NCBI GenBank assembly: GCA_016187515.1
Contig: JACPJN010000006.1
Location: forward strand, 257,556-321,555
Reading direction: 5' to 3'
DNA from: Candidatus Uhrbacteria bacterium
GTDB lineage: Bacteria > Patescibacteriota > Patescibacteriia > GWA2-47-26
DNA length: 64,000 nucleotides
Of this stretch, positions 43,393 through 52,820 are shown piece after piece. The notes beneath the pieces were generated by a model that was not told the DNA's origin, ran no database searches, and worked only from the letters and a program-made list of their open reading frames with translations. The position numbers and the translations under genes were made by a program. Numbering within the stretch: position 1 is the first letter of the stretch; every line of letters starts with the position of its first letter.

Positions 43393-45867
43393 ATGCCGGC
43401 GTTAATAAAAATCAGCGCATTCTCAAAAACGCTTTTTATCGCGGCAAGCATATTGGCAGTATTTATTGCTTTTGGATATGCCGCGCCAAACGCGCAAGCG
43501 GCTAATCATCAGCTTCCGGATCTGGTAGTGGAACGGGTGACTTTTAATCAAAACCGCCAAGCCACGGCAATCATCAAAAACGTTGGTAACGCCGCCGCGC
43601 CGCTGACCAATCCCCGCGGCTATATTTACATGCGCTGGTGGCACCCGAATAACACCCCCTCTGGCGCCGGGTACCAAGTTCGCGAGCTTTTGCCGCTTGA
43701 ACCCGGAGATACCATGGCGGCATTTTGGCCGCCCGCCTCTCCGGTCCCCTCCGGAGAAAATCTGGAGCTGCGCGCCCAGATTGTCATTCCGCCGGTCTGG
43801 AACGCGGAGCAGAATAGGTTTGATCCTATACTTCAGGAGTCGGACGCTACCAATAACACGACAACCGTCCGGCCAAGATCCGAACCGCGCATTGCGGAGG
43901 TTACCTTTGATCCGGATACGGACGTGCCCCGGGTTATAATTATCAATGCCGGAACAATGGCGCAACCAGTGACCGCTCCGCCGCTGCGTTTGACTTATCG
44001 CTGGTTTTCTACTCAAGCCCCGGGGGTGCGAGAAGAATCCCGGGATCTGCCTTATATCTTGCAGCCCGGATCACCTCGGATTGTTGAATATTCCGGAGAC
44101 CCTGAAAATGTTCCCGGATACCAGTATGGCGGCGGGCGGCTGCGGCTTTCTCTTCAACAGTCCGGAGCTGCGCTTGATGAACGCACTGTTGATACGCCCT
44201 CCCTGGCTATCAATTTGAGCGGGCATTTTGTTCCCGGTCTTCCTCCTTTGGTTACTGTTCACAATGACGGTACGGCCACCCTATCGCAAACCTCGCCTGA
44301 TTTACGCATTCGCCTGGTTTGGCATACCGGTGGCTTTCCCCCACTCCGCATCTCTCAAACCGAACTGTTATTTCCTTATTCCCTGCGGCCGGATGAAAAC
44401 CGGTCGGTCTCCGCTCCATTAAATTATACTGTCCCCGCCGACGCGCGACTGGCAAATGTCAGTTTAATTGAACCGGCCACTGGACGTACTCTGCGGCAGG
44501 TCTTGCTCACGGTAGTGCGCCCCGAGGATTCGGCTGAAGAGGTGGCGGAGCAAGAAGAGCATACGGTTGTATTCCTGATTGACAGCGCAATGCAGGCGGA
44601 TGAAGAGCCGGAAGCGCGTCCGGTTGGAGAAATTTCCACCCCGCGCTATGAAGTAACGCCCTTTGAACCCCGCGAGGAAGAAAGCGGCGTTTCGCGGGAA
44701 GAATTAAGCGCGCAAGAACGGCCGGCGCCGGCCGGGCGCGCCGCGGCTCCGGCCCCGCGGATTTTACCGGGTAATCCATTGTATGCTTTCCGTACCCTGG
44801 GTCGGGAATTGCGCGCGCTGTTCACTTTTGATCCGCAAAAAGACGCGCGGCTGCGCCTGCGCTTTGCCAGCGAAAAGATATTGGAGGCCAACGCGCTTGC
44901 CGATCGCGGGCAAACCGAACGCGCGGCAAGACACTTGCGCAGCTATAATCGCGAACTGACCAAACAGCGCGTTGCCCTTTCCGCCGTAGAAAAGCGCGAC
45001 GCGGATTCGGCCAAAGCGCTGAACACCCAAGCCATAAAAACCGAACTGTTGCACCAGGTCATCGTGAGCAAAGTGGAAAGAAAAGCGCCGGAGCACGCGC
45101 GGGCCGAAATACAGGAAACCAAAAGCGCCATTGCTCAAAACTTGGCGGAAAATATCGCGCGCGTTCCCGAGCCGGAGCGTGCCGCGCAAATCGTGTCCGA
45201 GGCGCTGGATATAAGCGGCAGCCCTTTCAGCCAGTTGCGCAATCTGGAGGTGCTCAAGGCCTTGGAAGAAAAAGTTCCGGAACAGGCCAAAAAAGCAATT
45301 GTAAAGGCGCAGGAAAACGCGGCTGAAAATCTCTCCCGCCAGATTCAGGTTTTGCCCGAATCCCAGCGCGTCTTGATTGGAGAATACGCCGGCAAGGTTG
45401 GCGGCGATAAAACGGAAACCATTAAAACCATTGACCAAATCATCACGCCGGAAACCCCTCCGGCCGTAAAAGAAACGCTGAACGCGGTTAAAGAAAAAAT
45501 TCTGGAGCAAATCGCTAAACCGGAAGCATCTCCGCCGGCCCCATCTGCTCCGGATATGCCGATAGCGCCGGCAAGCCCGAAATCCGAAGAAACCAAAATA
45601 GTCATCTGCACGCAGGAATATAATCCGGTCTGCGGCGCGGACGGCAAAACCTATCCCAACCGCTGTGTGGCGGAAAAACAAAAATTGGTTAAAGTAAATT
45701 ACGAAGGAGAGTGTAAAAAAGAGGTGGAGCAAAAACCAATACCGGAATCCATCAAAGAACCTTTGCCAGCAAAAGAACCGGCTGAATCAACCGCCAAACC
45801 CGCTCCTGCGCCGGCAACCATCACGCCCGCCAAAGAGGATGCTTCAGCTCAAAAAACCATCAAATAA
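43393..45867 (+). CDS. large secreted protein with CARDB-like N-terminal domains, a DUF5667-like region and a C-terminal Kazal-type inhibitor domain
   Basis: Signal peptide. LPDLVVERVTFNQNRQATAIIKNVGNAAAP (CARDB-like). PGNPLYAFRTLGRELRALFTFDPQKDARLRLRFASEKILEA (DUF5667-like). CTQEYNPVCGADGKTYPNRCVAEKQKLVKVNYEGECK (Kazal). Confidence 0.65.
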   Translation: MPALIKISAFSKTLFIAASILAVFIAFGYAAPNAQAANHQLPDLVVERVTFNQNRQATAIIKNVGNAAAPLTNPRGYIYMRWWHPNNTPSGAGYQVRELLPLEPGDTMAAFWPPASPVPSGENLELRAQIVIPPVWNAEQNRFDPILQESDATNNTTTVRPRSEPRIAEVTFDPDTDVPRVIIINAGTMAQPVTAPPLRLTYRWFSTQAPGVREESRDLPYILQPGSPRIVEYSGDPENVPGYQYGGGRLRLSLQQSGAALDERTVDTPSLAINLSGHFVPGLPPLVTVHNDGTATLSQTSPDLRIRLVWHTGGFPPLRISQTELLFPYSLRPDENRSVSAPLNYTVPADARLANVSLIEPATGRTLRQVLLTVVRPEDSAEEVAEQEEHTVVFLIDSAMQADEEPEARPVGEISTPRYEVTPFEPREEESGVSREELSAQERPAPAGRAAAPAPRILPGNPLYAFRTLGRELRALFTFDPQKDARLRLRFASEKILEANALADRGQTERAARHLRSYNRELTKQRVALSAVEKRDADSAKALNTQAIKTELLHQVIVSKVERKAPEHARAEIQETKSAIAQNLAENIARVPEPERAAQIVSEALDISGSPFSQLRNLEVLKALEEKVPEQAKKAIVKAQENAAENLSRQIQVLPESQRVLIGEYAGKVGGDKTETIKTIDQIITPETPPAVKETLNAVKEKILEQIAKPEASPPAPSAPDMPIAPASPKSEETKIVICTQEYNPVCGADGKTYPNRCVAEKQKLVKVNYEGECKKEVEQKPIPESIKEPLPAKEPAESTAKPAPAPATITPAKEDASAQKTIK

Positions 45868-45871
45868 CAGC

Positions 45872-46813
45872 TTAACTCTTAGCGCTGATGGCTCGGACAA
45901 CATCATCCGCGGCCGAAACATCAATGGTCATGCCCGGGCGCAAATGCCTAGAATCAAAAGCGCCGGTATTGATACCCAATTCTTTATCGCGAATTCCATT
46001 TTGCTCGCAGACGGCTTTAGCGGCCAGCAGGATATCGGCTTTGGAGACCTTCTTTTTAACCTGCGCTTTCAAAATATCCGCGACCACATCCCAAACGCGA
46101 TCGCCCGGCTTCAAAGTATGCAGCCGCTGCCGGTCTTCTTTTTCAGACGCGGCTTCGGCTTCTCCTTCGGCTTCTCCGGCCCGGCCGCGCCCTTTACTCA
46201 ATGCCCCGGTTTCCGGTTTGATGCCGCCTTCATCTGTAAAACGCGCCGCGTGCGGAGCGCCAAGCATCAGCAGTCCCGCGCCAAACGCAGCGGCCCGCCC
46301 CGCCCCTAATACTTTTCTCCATACGCTAAGCGGAACAGTTGGGGCTTGCTTCTCTTTTGGTGAAAGTTGATACTCCGCCTTAAACGGCAATCCCATGTAC
46401 TCATACGCCTTGGCAATTGCTTGTAACTGTTCACCCGCGTTTTTTGCGCCAGCCATGCCAACCAGAAGCGCTTTGAGCCGGTCTTCTTTTTCCCATGAGC
46501 CCGGAACATCCGGCCGCTCCGGATTTTTAAGGTTAAATCTTCCGGCTTTGTCTTTCGTTATACCCAATGACTTAAGCATCTCTTGAACTTCTTCTTCCGA
46601 AGCGGCTCCGGAAATATCGCGCACCGCCTCTTCAAGCGTCTGCTCTTCATACGGCGTGTCCTTAAGGTAACGCGCCGCAAGCTCGTCGCCCACGCGCTCT
46701 TTGTGCGCGCGACGTTCTTCCCTTGACGCGAATTCACGTCCTGGAACTTCAATAACGCCCGGTGCTTCAGGACTGATTCTACTATGATTTTTTTCGAAAG
46801 GTGCTTTGCGCAT
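45872..46813 (-). CDS. hypothetical protein with a C-terminal LysM domain
   Basis: HTLKPGDRVWDVVADIL…LRPGMTIDV near the C-terminus. Confidence 0.5.
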   Translation of the reverse strand: MRKAPFEKNHSRISPEAPGVIEVPGREFASREERRAHKERVGDELAARYLKDTPYEEQTLEEAVRDISGAASEEEVQEMLKSLGITKDKAGRFNLKNPERPDVPGSWEKEDRLKALLVGMAGAKNAGEQLQAIAKAYEYMGLPFKAEYQLSPKEKQAPTVPLSVWRKVLGAGRAAAFGAGLLMLGAPHAARFTDEGGIKPETGALSKGRGRAGEAEGEAEAASEKEDRQRLHTLKPGDRVWDVVADILKAQVKKKVSKADILLAAKAVCEQNGIRDKELGINTGAFDSRHLRPGMTIDVSAADDVVRAISAKS

Positions 46814-46823
46814 AAATCTTAAA

Positions 46824-46897
46824 TGGGCGCGGGAGGAGTCGAACCTCCGACCTTTACATTATCAGTGTAACGCTCTAACCAACTGAGCTACGCGCCC
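46824..46897 (-). tRNA. tRNA-Ile (anticodon GAU)
   Basis: Reverse complement GGGCGCGTAGCTCAGTTGGTTAGAGCGTTACACTGATAATGTAAAGGTCGGAGGTTCGACTCCTCCCGCGCCCA. Confidence 0.9.
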
Positions 46898-46980
46898 ATA
46901 ATCCGAATGATAAAAATAGGATACCATGCTATACTGGACAAATCAAGGGGATTGGGATAGTATGGATTAATTCGTGTTTC

Positions 46981-47052
46981 CGGGCTGTAGTGGATCGGTA
47001 CCACGCTTGGTTTGGGACCAAGAAGCAGTGGGTTCAATTCCCACCAGCCCGA
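46981..47052 (+). tRNA. tRNA-Pro (anticodon UGG)
   Basis: CGGGCTGTAGTGGATCGGTACCACGCTTGGTTTGGGACCAAGAAGCAGTGGGTTCAATTCCCACCAGCCCGA. Confidence 0.85.
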
Positions 47053-47054
47053 TT

Positions 47055-47126
47055 GCGGGTATCGTATAACGGTTATTATCTCAGTTTTCCAAACTGATGA
47101 CGCGGGTTCGACTCCCGCTACCCGCT
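47055..47126 (+). tRNA. tRNA-Gly (anticodon UCC)
   Basis: GCGGGTATCGTATAACGGTTATTATCTCAGTTTTCCAAACTGATGACGCGGGTTCGACTCCCGCTACCCGCT. Discriminator is U. It starts 2 nt after tRNA-Pro. Confidence 0.8.
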
Positions 47127-47167
47127 TTTGCACGAATTGGTTTTCTTGTGCTATACTTTATTGAAAT

Positions 47168-47623
47168 ATGGATCAGGTGATCACAATCCACGAACTGGAA
47201 TTATTTTTGCGGCTTTTTCTTGCTGCGGTTGTTGGCTGGCTGATCGGCTACGAACGCGAAGTGCTGGGCAAAGCCGCCGGCACCCGCACCTTTGGACTGG
47301 TCGCGCTGGGTTCCGCGTTATTTGCGATTGTCTCTTCCGAGGGCTTCACTGAATATATTGGAGAGAGCGCCGCCGATCCCACCCGCGTTACCTCGCTCAT
47401 TGTTTCCGGAATTGGTTTTTTAGGCGCGGGGCTGATTATATTTCGGGGTGACAAAGTGGAAGGGCTTACTACCGCGGCCGGACTTTGGGCAGTTGCGGCA
47501 GTTGGTATGGCCTTTGGCCGCGGTCTCTACACTCTAGGTATCTTTTCCGCTATACTGATCTTGCTTCTGCTTTACACAAGCCGCTGGATACATCCCGAAC
47601 ATCATGACCTTGACAAAAAATAG
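47168..47623 (+). CDS. MgtC/SapB family membrane protein
   Basis: ELFLRLFLAAVVGWLIGYERE…RTFGLVALGSALF…GIGFLGAG…AAGLWAVAAVGMAFG. Confidence 0.8.
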   Translation: MDQVITIHELELFLRLFLAAVVGWLIGYEREVLGKAAGTRTFGLVALGSALFAIVSSEGFTEYIGESAADPTRVTSLIVSGIGFLGAGLIIFRGDKVEGLTTAAGLWAVAAVGMAFGRGLYTLGIFSAILILLLLYTSRWIHPEHHDLDKK

Positions 47624-47729
47624 AGGGTGGTGTAGGATTATAAAATATGTTCACACATTCAGCGCAGATCATCATTATCGGAAAAGGCGCGGGGCAATGA
47701 ATCCCGGATTTTCATTGTTCCACGCCTGG

Positions 47730-47758
47730 CTCCGACTGCAAGGTCGGAGTTTTGGTTT
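47730..47758 (+). terminator. hairpin plus U-tract (terminator or leader attenuator)
   Basis: ctccgactgcaaggtcggagttttggtttt, about 100 nt after mgtC and about 50 nt before the next start. Confidence 0.35.
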
Positions 47759-47806
47759 TAAGTGAGGACTGCTCTTTCAACCCTAATCCAGAAAAGGAAA
47801 AGCGCG

Positions 47807-48820
47807 ATGCCGGAAAAAGTATACATGCTGAATGGGCAGATCGTTCCGGAAGCCGAGGCGCGAATCAGTCCGCTTGGGTCAGACCCGATGTTTGCCTATG
47901 GCATGATTGATCGTCTGCGAACGTTTCGGGGAACAGACGGGCGGATGCGCATGGTGGGATTGGCACAGCACCTGTCCCGCTGTCAGGCAACCGCAGCAGC
48001 GCTCTTTGGAGCGGATATTGGCGATCTGCGCCGCAGCTGGGCTGATCAGCTTGCAAGGGCGGCGCTGGCTACCGAACTTGGGGAGGTCTATCTTCATCTT
48101 GGCTATGGCCAGATGTCCAGCCCGGGGACCATGCTGCAGGGCGCGAGCGCGGGACTCACCACCTTTGTGTTTGCCAAACACGAAGGCCCGCTCTACCAAG
48201 GCCGCGACGGTAACGCGGTTTACGTATCGACTGAGCCGCAGTGGCCGCGGCCGGACGGGCCTTTGACCGCGCATAAGACCCACGGCTATCAAGAATTGCT
48301 TTGGCTCAAGAATAGAGCCCGTGCGCGCAGGCCGGACAAAGACGCGCGCAGTGTGGAAGCGCTGCTGCTGGCGCGGGACTCGTTCAGGTTTGACCGCGAC
48401 AGCAGAAACTGGGTGGTTGCCGAAGACGATCCGCTCACGGCCGAGTGCGGATGCACTTGCGCATTCGCGCTTGACCGGCAGGGCAATCTGCACTTGCCCG
48501 CGCGCGCGGTTCGTTATTTCCGCGGCGTTACGGTGCAGATTGTGGAGGCGCTGTTTCGCGCGTACTTTCCGGACAAACAGGTATTGCATGATTTGCGGCG
48601 CAGTCATCTGCTGCACAATGGCGGCACGGCTGGCACTGCCGGAGGAGTAGTGCCGATTGTGGAAGTAGATAAAAAAACCTGTGAACGCACCGAGCAGTTT
48701 GACGCGCTGGCCGCGCTTTACTGTAAGCTGTGCTGGGGCGAACTCAATCGCCGCGATCTGCAGGAGCAGTGGGCGCCGGTAATCGCAACCGGCATGAGCC
48801 AGCAGGTGGCCGTCGGCTGA
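47807..48820 (+). CDS. aminotransferase class IV-like protein (BCAT / D-Ala AT / ADC-lyase fold)
   Basis: The start was set at MPEKVYMLNGQIVPEAEARISPLG…YG…HLSR. This follows the class IV N-terminal pattern but is divergent. The gene is very GC-rich. Confidence 0.45.
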   Translation: MPEKVYMLNGQIVPEAEARISPLGSDPMFAYGMIDRLRTFRGTDGRMRMVGLAQHLSRCQATAAALFGADIGDLRRSWADQLARAALATELGEVYLHLGYGQMSSPGTMLQGASAGLTTFVFAKHEGPLYQGRDGNAVYVSTEPQWPRPDGPLTAHKTHGYQELLWLKNRARARRPDKDARSVEALLLARDSFRFDRDSRNWVVAEDDPLTAECGCTCAFALDRQGNLHLPARAVRYFRGVTVQIVEALFRAYFPDKQVLHDLRRSHLLHNGGTAGTAGGVVPIVEVDKKTCERTEQFDALAALYCKLCWGELNRRDLQEQWAPVIATGMSQQVAVG

Positions 48821-48840
48821 ACAAAATCATCGGCTCTCAG

Positions 48841-48880
48841 CCGGCAGACCAGGGACAAAACTTCCCGTCTGCCGGTTTTT
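48841..48880 (+). terminator. rho-independent terminator
   Basis: ccggcagaccagggacaaaacttcccgtctgccggtttttt. Confidence 0.6.
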
Positions 48881-48960
48881 TAATTTCGATAATATTTCGC
48901 CGCGTCTTCAGGAGAGATGGGGTTGATGATCAGTCCCGAGCCGATCTCCACCCAGCCCAG
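48880..48960 (-). pseudogene. diverged duplicate of the 3' end (about 23 codons plus stop) of the GalT-like gene
   Basis: Encodes …VEIGSGLIINPISPEDAAKYYRN*. It is about 85% identical to 50373-50454, the true C-terminus …VEIGSGLIINPVSPEDAAKYYRS*. Confidence 0.6.
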
Positions 48961-48978
48961 AGAGGATCGCCGAGTATA

Positions 48979-49692
48979 TTATTTTAGGGCCGCTAGATAA
49001 TTTTTGAGCAGGAAAATCGTTTCTTTTTTTAGATTTTTTTTCACCCACATCTTTTCTTTTTCCTCCAATTGCTCGCCTATTCCTTGTAACAATTGATTAT
49101 CTTTTATTTCTTGAATAAAAGATATGCAGTCCGGTAAATATTCTTTAACCAGCTTACCTGTGCGCGCTTTGACTATTTCCTCGCTGATATCCCAGTTATG
49201 TTTGGCAAAAAAATAGATATCGTAGATATCGCGCATGGCCATTTTTTTGCGTGCTTTCAAGGCGACCAACTTATTGGCAAAGAGGGAGTGCTGTTTTGCC
49301 GCCAGCATAGAAATACCCAAATATTCTTTTAGCTCATAGTATTGTTTGATTGCAAACGGAAACTCTCTTCTGGAGATTTCAATTTTAATATTGTGGTCTT
49401 TATCCCCATAGGAAAGTAGTGCAAAGATAGTATATTTTTTTACATAACTTTCTTTGATATCTCCATAATTTTGGATAATATTCAGAATCTTTTTCAAGAT
49501 ATTTTCCAGACCTTCTTTATCAAGATTAGCAAGCAAATCAAAATCAAGATCTACCGAGAACCGCGTCAATCCATAAAAAAAGTACGCGCAAGTTCCGCCC
49601 TTAAAGCCGAGAAACGGCGCCAGGGAAATGTCCGTATAGATATCCTTGAGAATCTGGCCCATGATGCGCTGATGCCTTGCTTTATCAAGCAT
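48979..49692 (-). CDS. abiEii: AbiEii/AbiGii-family nucleotidyltransferase toxin (type IV TA, DUF1814)
   Basis: GFKGGTCAYFFYGLTRFSVDLDFD is the NTase motif. The length matches the family. The region is AT-rich. Confidence 0.75.
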   Translation of the reverse strand: MLDKARHQRIMGQILKDIYTDISLAPFLGFKGGTCAYFFYGLTRFSVDLDFDLLANLDKEGLENILKKILNIIQNYGDIKESYVKKYTIFALLSYGDKDHNIKIEISRREFPFAIKQYYELKEYLGISMLAAKQHSLFANKLVALKARKKMAMRDIYDIYFFAKHNWDISEEIVKARTGKLVKEYLPDCISFIQEIKDNQLLQGIGEQLEEKEKMWVKKNLKKETIFLLKNYLAALK

Positions 49693-50269
49693 AGAGCTTG
49701 TGATAGGAATTAAGACGATTGATCAATTGTTTACTTTGATAAAGTGTTACTAACTGAAAGCATTTCTCCCATTGTAAACTTTTGAGATTATCAAAGTAGT
49801 ACTCCGGGAAAAGATATATCATATCCAAAAATGCGCGCTCTGGGCTGGCAATACTATAGGCGCCCCGATGAACTATACCATTAGGATTGTAGAGTATCTC
49901 ATCTTTGAGTTTTCTGAAGACAAAGCGGGAATGATCACAAATGACCTTTCGCGAAAACCGGCTTGCGAAAAAAATGGCCTGATAATATTGAAAAATTATA
50001 CCCGCTTCCCGCAATACGGTTTCAAAACTCATATAAGACGGCGTATAAATTTTGCTCCCGAGCTCCAACACGTCATAATTGTCTTGGTCCTTTACGTATA
50101 TGCCGCGGCGCAACTGATGAAGTTTGCCCTGTTTCACGTAATAATGAATGCGGGCTTTCAGTGTTGACAAATGCTTTTCTCCCCACAAAATGGCGATCTC
50201 TTTTGTGGTTAGTACGGTATTTTTAGCTCGATATAGCTCCAAAATATCAAACTTTTTCAATTTTTTCAT
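49685..50269 (-). CDS. abiEi: AbiEi-family antitoxin / transcriptional regulator
   Basis: The N-terminal winged HTH reads VLTTKEIAILWGEKHLSTLKARIHYYVKQGKLHQLRRGIYV. It overlaps the toxin gene by 8 nt. The size and arrangement are typical of AbiEi. Confidence 0.65.
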   Translation of the reverse strand: MKKLKKFDILELYRAKNTVLTTKEIAILWGEKHLSTLKARIHYYVKQGKLHQLRRGIYVKDQDNYDVLELGSKIYTPSYMSFETVLREAGIIFQYYQAIFFASRFSRKVICDHSRFVFRKLKDEILYNPNGIVHRGAYSIASPERAFLDMIYLFPEYYFDNLKSLQWEKCFQLVTLYQSKQLINRLNSYHKLYA

Positions 50270-50372
50270 AAGATGTGCACTAAAGGTAATAGAAAGTGTT
50301 ACCTTTATTGTACAATATTGCTTAAAACCGTCAATGGAAGCATCCTGTGGATAACCGCAAAAACACGCTGAC

Positions 50373-51293
50373 TCAACTCCGATAATACTTTGCCGCGTCT
50401 TCGGGGGAAACCGGATTGATGATAAGTCCCGAGCCGATCTCCACCCCAGCCCAAATTGAGCCGCGGGGGGTGATTTTCATGTAAAGATGCTGATCTTCGT
50501 CATGGATAACTTGGTGGAAGTAGAAATTGTAAGGAAGGTTAAGCGCGGCGATTTTTTTCAAAATGCGCTTTAGGATTTTTGCCCAAGAGAGCCGTTCGGC
50601 GTCATTTAAGAGCGTCACATTATCCAGGTGCCGGCGCGGCAGAATCCATACTTCGTAATTGTGCATAGAGGCGTAGGGAGTAAAGGCAATCACTTGCGCA
50701 TCCTCAAACACCAGCCGCGGCCCCGTGCGTTCGCGCGCGATCACATCGCAATACACACAACGGCCGGTACGCAGTTTATACGCTTGCACCTTCTGCGACT
50801 TATCAAAGAGGTGCGGAGGCAAGAAATGGGTGGCAAAAATCTGCGAATGCGCATGTTGGATTGAGGCGCCGGCCGGTCCGCCCGCGTTTTTAAAAATGAG
50901 AATGTATTCGATTTTTTTGTCTTTGGCGATAGCGTCCGTGCGCGCCGCATAGGTGGAGAGTAACTTCGCCACGTGTGGATCAGACAACTCTTCGAGATGG
51001 GTGCCATGTTTAGGGGTTTCCACCACGACTTCCTGCACGCCGTAGGCCTTGGGATTTTCCAAAGAGACGGCGGGGAATTTATTAGGGACGACTTTTATTT
51101 GCCACACTTTATTTCCTCCAACTTCCAGGACATATCCCTCCTGATCCAATTTTTCCGGGCAAAATCGGCAAGGAGGCGGCACCACTTTTTGCGGCGCAGT
51201 TGGCGCAACCTCATGCGGCCGCACCCCCCGCCTAGGCGCAATGATCACGTACTTGTCTTGAATATAATCTTTGCGGATCTCGGATCCCAGCAT
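50373..51293 (-). CDS. galactose-1-phosphate uridylyltransferase-like (GalT / HIT superfamily) protein
   Basis: CRFCPE zinc motif near the N-terminus. The HxHxQ active site reads SIQHAHSQ. Confidence 0.7.
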   Translation of the reverse strand: MLGSEIRKDYIQDKYVIIAPRRGVRPHEVAPTAPQKVVPPPCRFCPEKLDQEGYVLEVGGNKVWQIKVVPNKFPAVSLENPKAYGVQEVVVETPKHGTHLEELSDPHVAKLLSTYAARTDAIAKDKKIEYILIFKNAGGPAGASIQHAHSQIFATHFLPPHLFDKSQKVQAYKLRTGRCVYCDVIARERTGPRLVFEDAQVIAFTPYASMHNYEVWILPRRHLDNVTLLNDAERLSWAKILKRILKKIAALNLPYNFYFHQVIHDEDQHLYMKITPRGSIWAGVEIGSGLIINPVSPEDAAKYYRS

Positions 51294-51528
51294 AGGGCGT
51301 AGAGCATAGAGCTAAGAGTTAAGAATTGAGGGTGCTCCGAAAAGTTCTGATTCGCTTAGCTAATATTTCTCCCTCATTATACAGTTCTCGATATAACGGT
51401 TCTTTGATTAACCCTTTCTTGTAAGCAACGGTAAGTCCGTAAATGGTTTCGAAGATTGACCGTATCGCTATATCTAAAGTCTCGAATCTGAACATATTAC
51501 TCTATGCTCTTAGCTCTAAGCTCTATGC
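51291..51528. repeat. about 240-bp intergenic element bounded by inverted heptamer-repeat arms
   Basis: The left arm is gcatagggcgtagagcatagagctaagagttaag. The right arm is ctctatgctcttagctctaagctctatgc. It lies between the galT start and the ruvC stop. Confidence 0.5.
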
Positions 51529-51993
51529 CGGCAGCCGTGCTCCTGCCAGCGCGATTGCCAGTGCGTCAGCCGCGTCGTCGGGCTTGGGGATTTCTTTTAG
51601 TTTCAACAGTAATTGTACCATGCGCTGTATCTGCTGTTTATCGGCGCCTCCGTAGCCGGTCAGCGCTTGCTTTACTTCTTTGGGAGAGATTTCCACGCAA
51701 GGCACCTGAAGTTTCGCGCAAGTCATGAGTATCACTCCGCGCGCCTCGCCAACTTGTAGCGCCGTCTTTACGTTTTTCGAAAAAAATAATTTTTCTACTG
51801 CAATTTTAACCGGTCGGTATTTTTTAATAAGTTGCGTGAGCTCTTTATGGATTGTGGCAAGCCGGTTAGCGTGGCTCATGGTGGATGGTGTCTCAAAGCA
51901 TCCGTAGGTCACCGCACGCGGGACATTCTTTATTTCTTCCACTATTCCATAACCCAGCCGTGCCACACCCGGATCAATGCCAAGGATAATCAT
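51523..51993 (-). CDS. ruvC: crossover junction endodeoxyribonuclease RuvC
   Basis: MIILGIDPGVARLGYGIVEE…, with D/E catalytic residues conserved. Confidence 0.9.
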   Translation of the reverse strand: MIILGIDPGVARLGYGIVEEIKNVPRAVTYGCFETPSTMSHANRLATIHKELTQLIKKYRPVKIAVEKLFFSKNVKTALQVGEARGVILMTCAKLQVPCVEISPKEVKQALTGYGGADKQQIQRMVQLLLKLKEIPKPDDAADALAIALAGARLPA

Positions 51994-52718
51994 ATAGTAG
52001 CATTAGTATAGTATTCTGACACGTCCTCCATTTCATCAAGCGCGTCTTCTAGTGCCGCGAACTGATTTTGGGCTGCGGGTGGCGCAGTAATTTTTTCTTT
52101 TGGGACCCAAGCCAGGCCGGCATATTCCGGCGTGAGTCCGGCGGCACGGAGTTTTTCTTCAGTGGATTTAAGGGCTTCTGGTTTGGTATATACCGTGAGG
52201 CCCTCATCTTCTGGCACAATATCCTCCGCGCCGGCATCAATGAGTTTGAGTTCGAAATCACTGTGAACTGACGACTGTGAACTGCTGACTGCGAGGCGAA
52301 TTACGCCTCGCTTTTGAAACATCCACGCCACGCTGCCGCTTCCGCCTAAATTTCCTTGATGCTCCGCAAAAGTGTGCTTAAGTTCCTGATACGCGCGATT
52401 TTTATTATCCGTAACCACTTCCACCATAAACGCCACCCCGCCCGGTCCAAAACCCTCGTAGGTCTCCTGAATTAATTGCGCGCCGTCTTTGTCCGCCCCG
52501 CTCCCTTTGGCAATCGCGCGTTCAATATTGTCTTTGGGCATCTCCGCGGCTTTGGCCGTGTCAATCGCCATGCGCAGTTTAAAATTGGCGCCGGGGTCGC
52601 CGCCTTCCCGCGCCGTGAGCGTAATCGCGCGCGTGAGTTTTGAAAAAAGCACGCCTTTCTTTTTATCCGCAACGCCTTTCGGCCCTTTAATTTTGCTCCA
52701 TTTGCTATGTCTGCTCAT
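51990..52718 (-). CDS. yebC: YebC/PmpR family DNA-binding regulator, with an in-frame repeat insertion
   Basis: MSRHSKWSKIKGPKGVADKKKGVLFSKLTRAI…. The start was set at MSRHSKW. Insert …SSSQSSVHSDFELKLI… sits at 52258-52312. Confidence 0.85.
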   Translation of the reverse strand: MSRHSKWSKIKGPKGVADKKKGVLFSKLTRAITLTAREGGDPGANFKLRMAIDTAKAAEMPKDNIERAIAKGSGADKDGAQLIQETYEGFGPGGVAFMVEVVTDNKNRAYQELKHTFAEHQGNLGGSGSVAWMFQKRGVIRLAVSSSQSSVHSDFELKLIDAGAEDIVPEDEGLTVYTKPEALKSTEEKLRAAGLTPEYAGLAWVPKEKITAPPAAQNQFAALEDALDEMEDVSEYYTNATI

Positions 52719-52820
52719 AGTGAAAAAGTATAACAAAAAAGAGCGCGCATTGCAACGGCTCAAAGAAAAAACGACGGGTAGCCAAAGGCGCAACCCGTCG
52801 CGGCCGGTGGGAGCAAAGAA

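Noticed and set aside
48730-48987. 85-aa plus-strand ORF after the aminotransferase gene
   Set aside because: It runs through a rho-independent terminator and the duplicated galT fragment. It is an antisense artefact.
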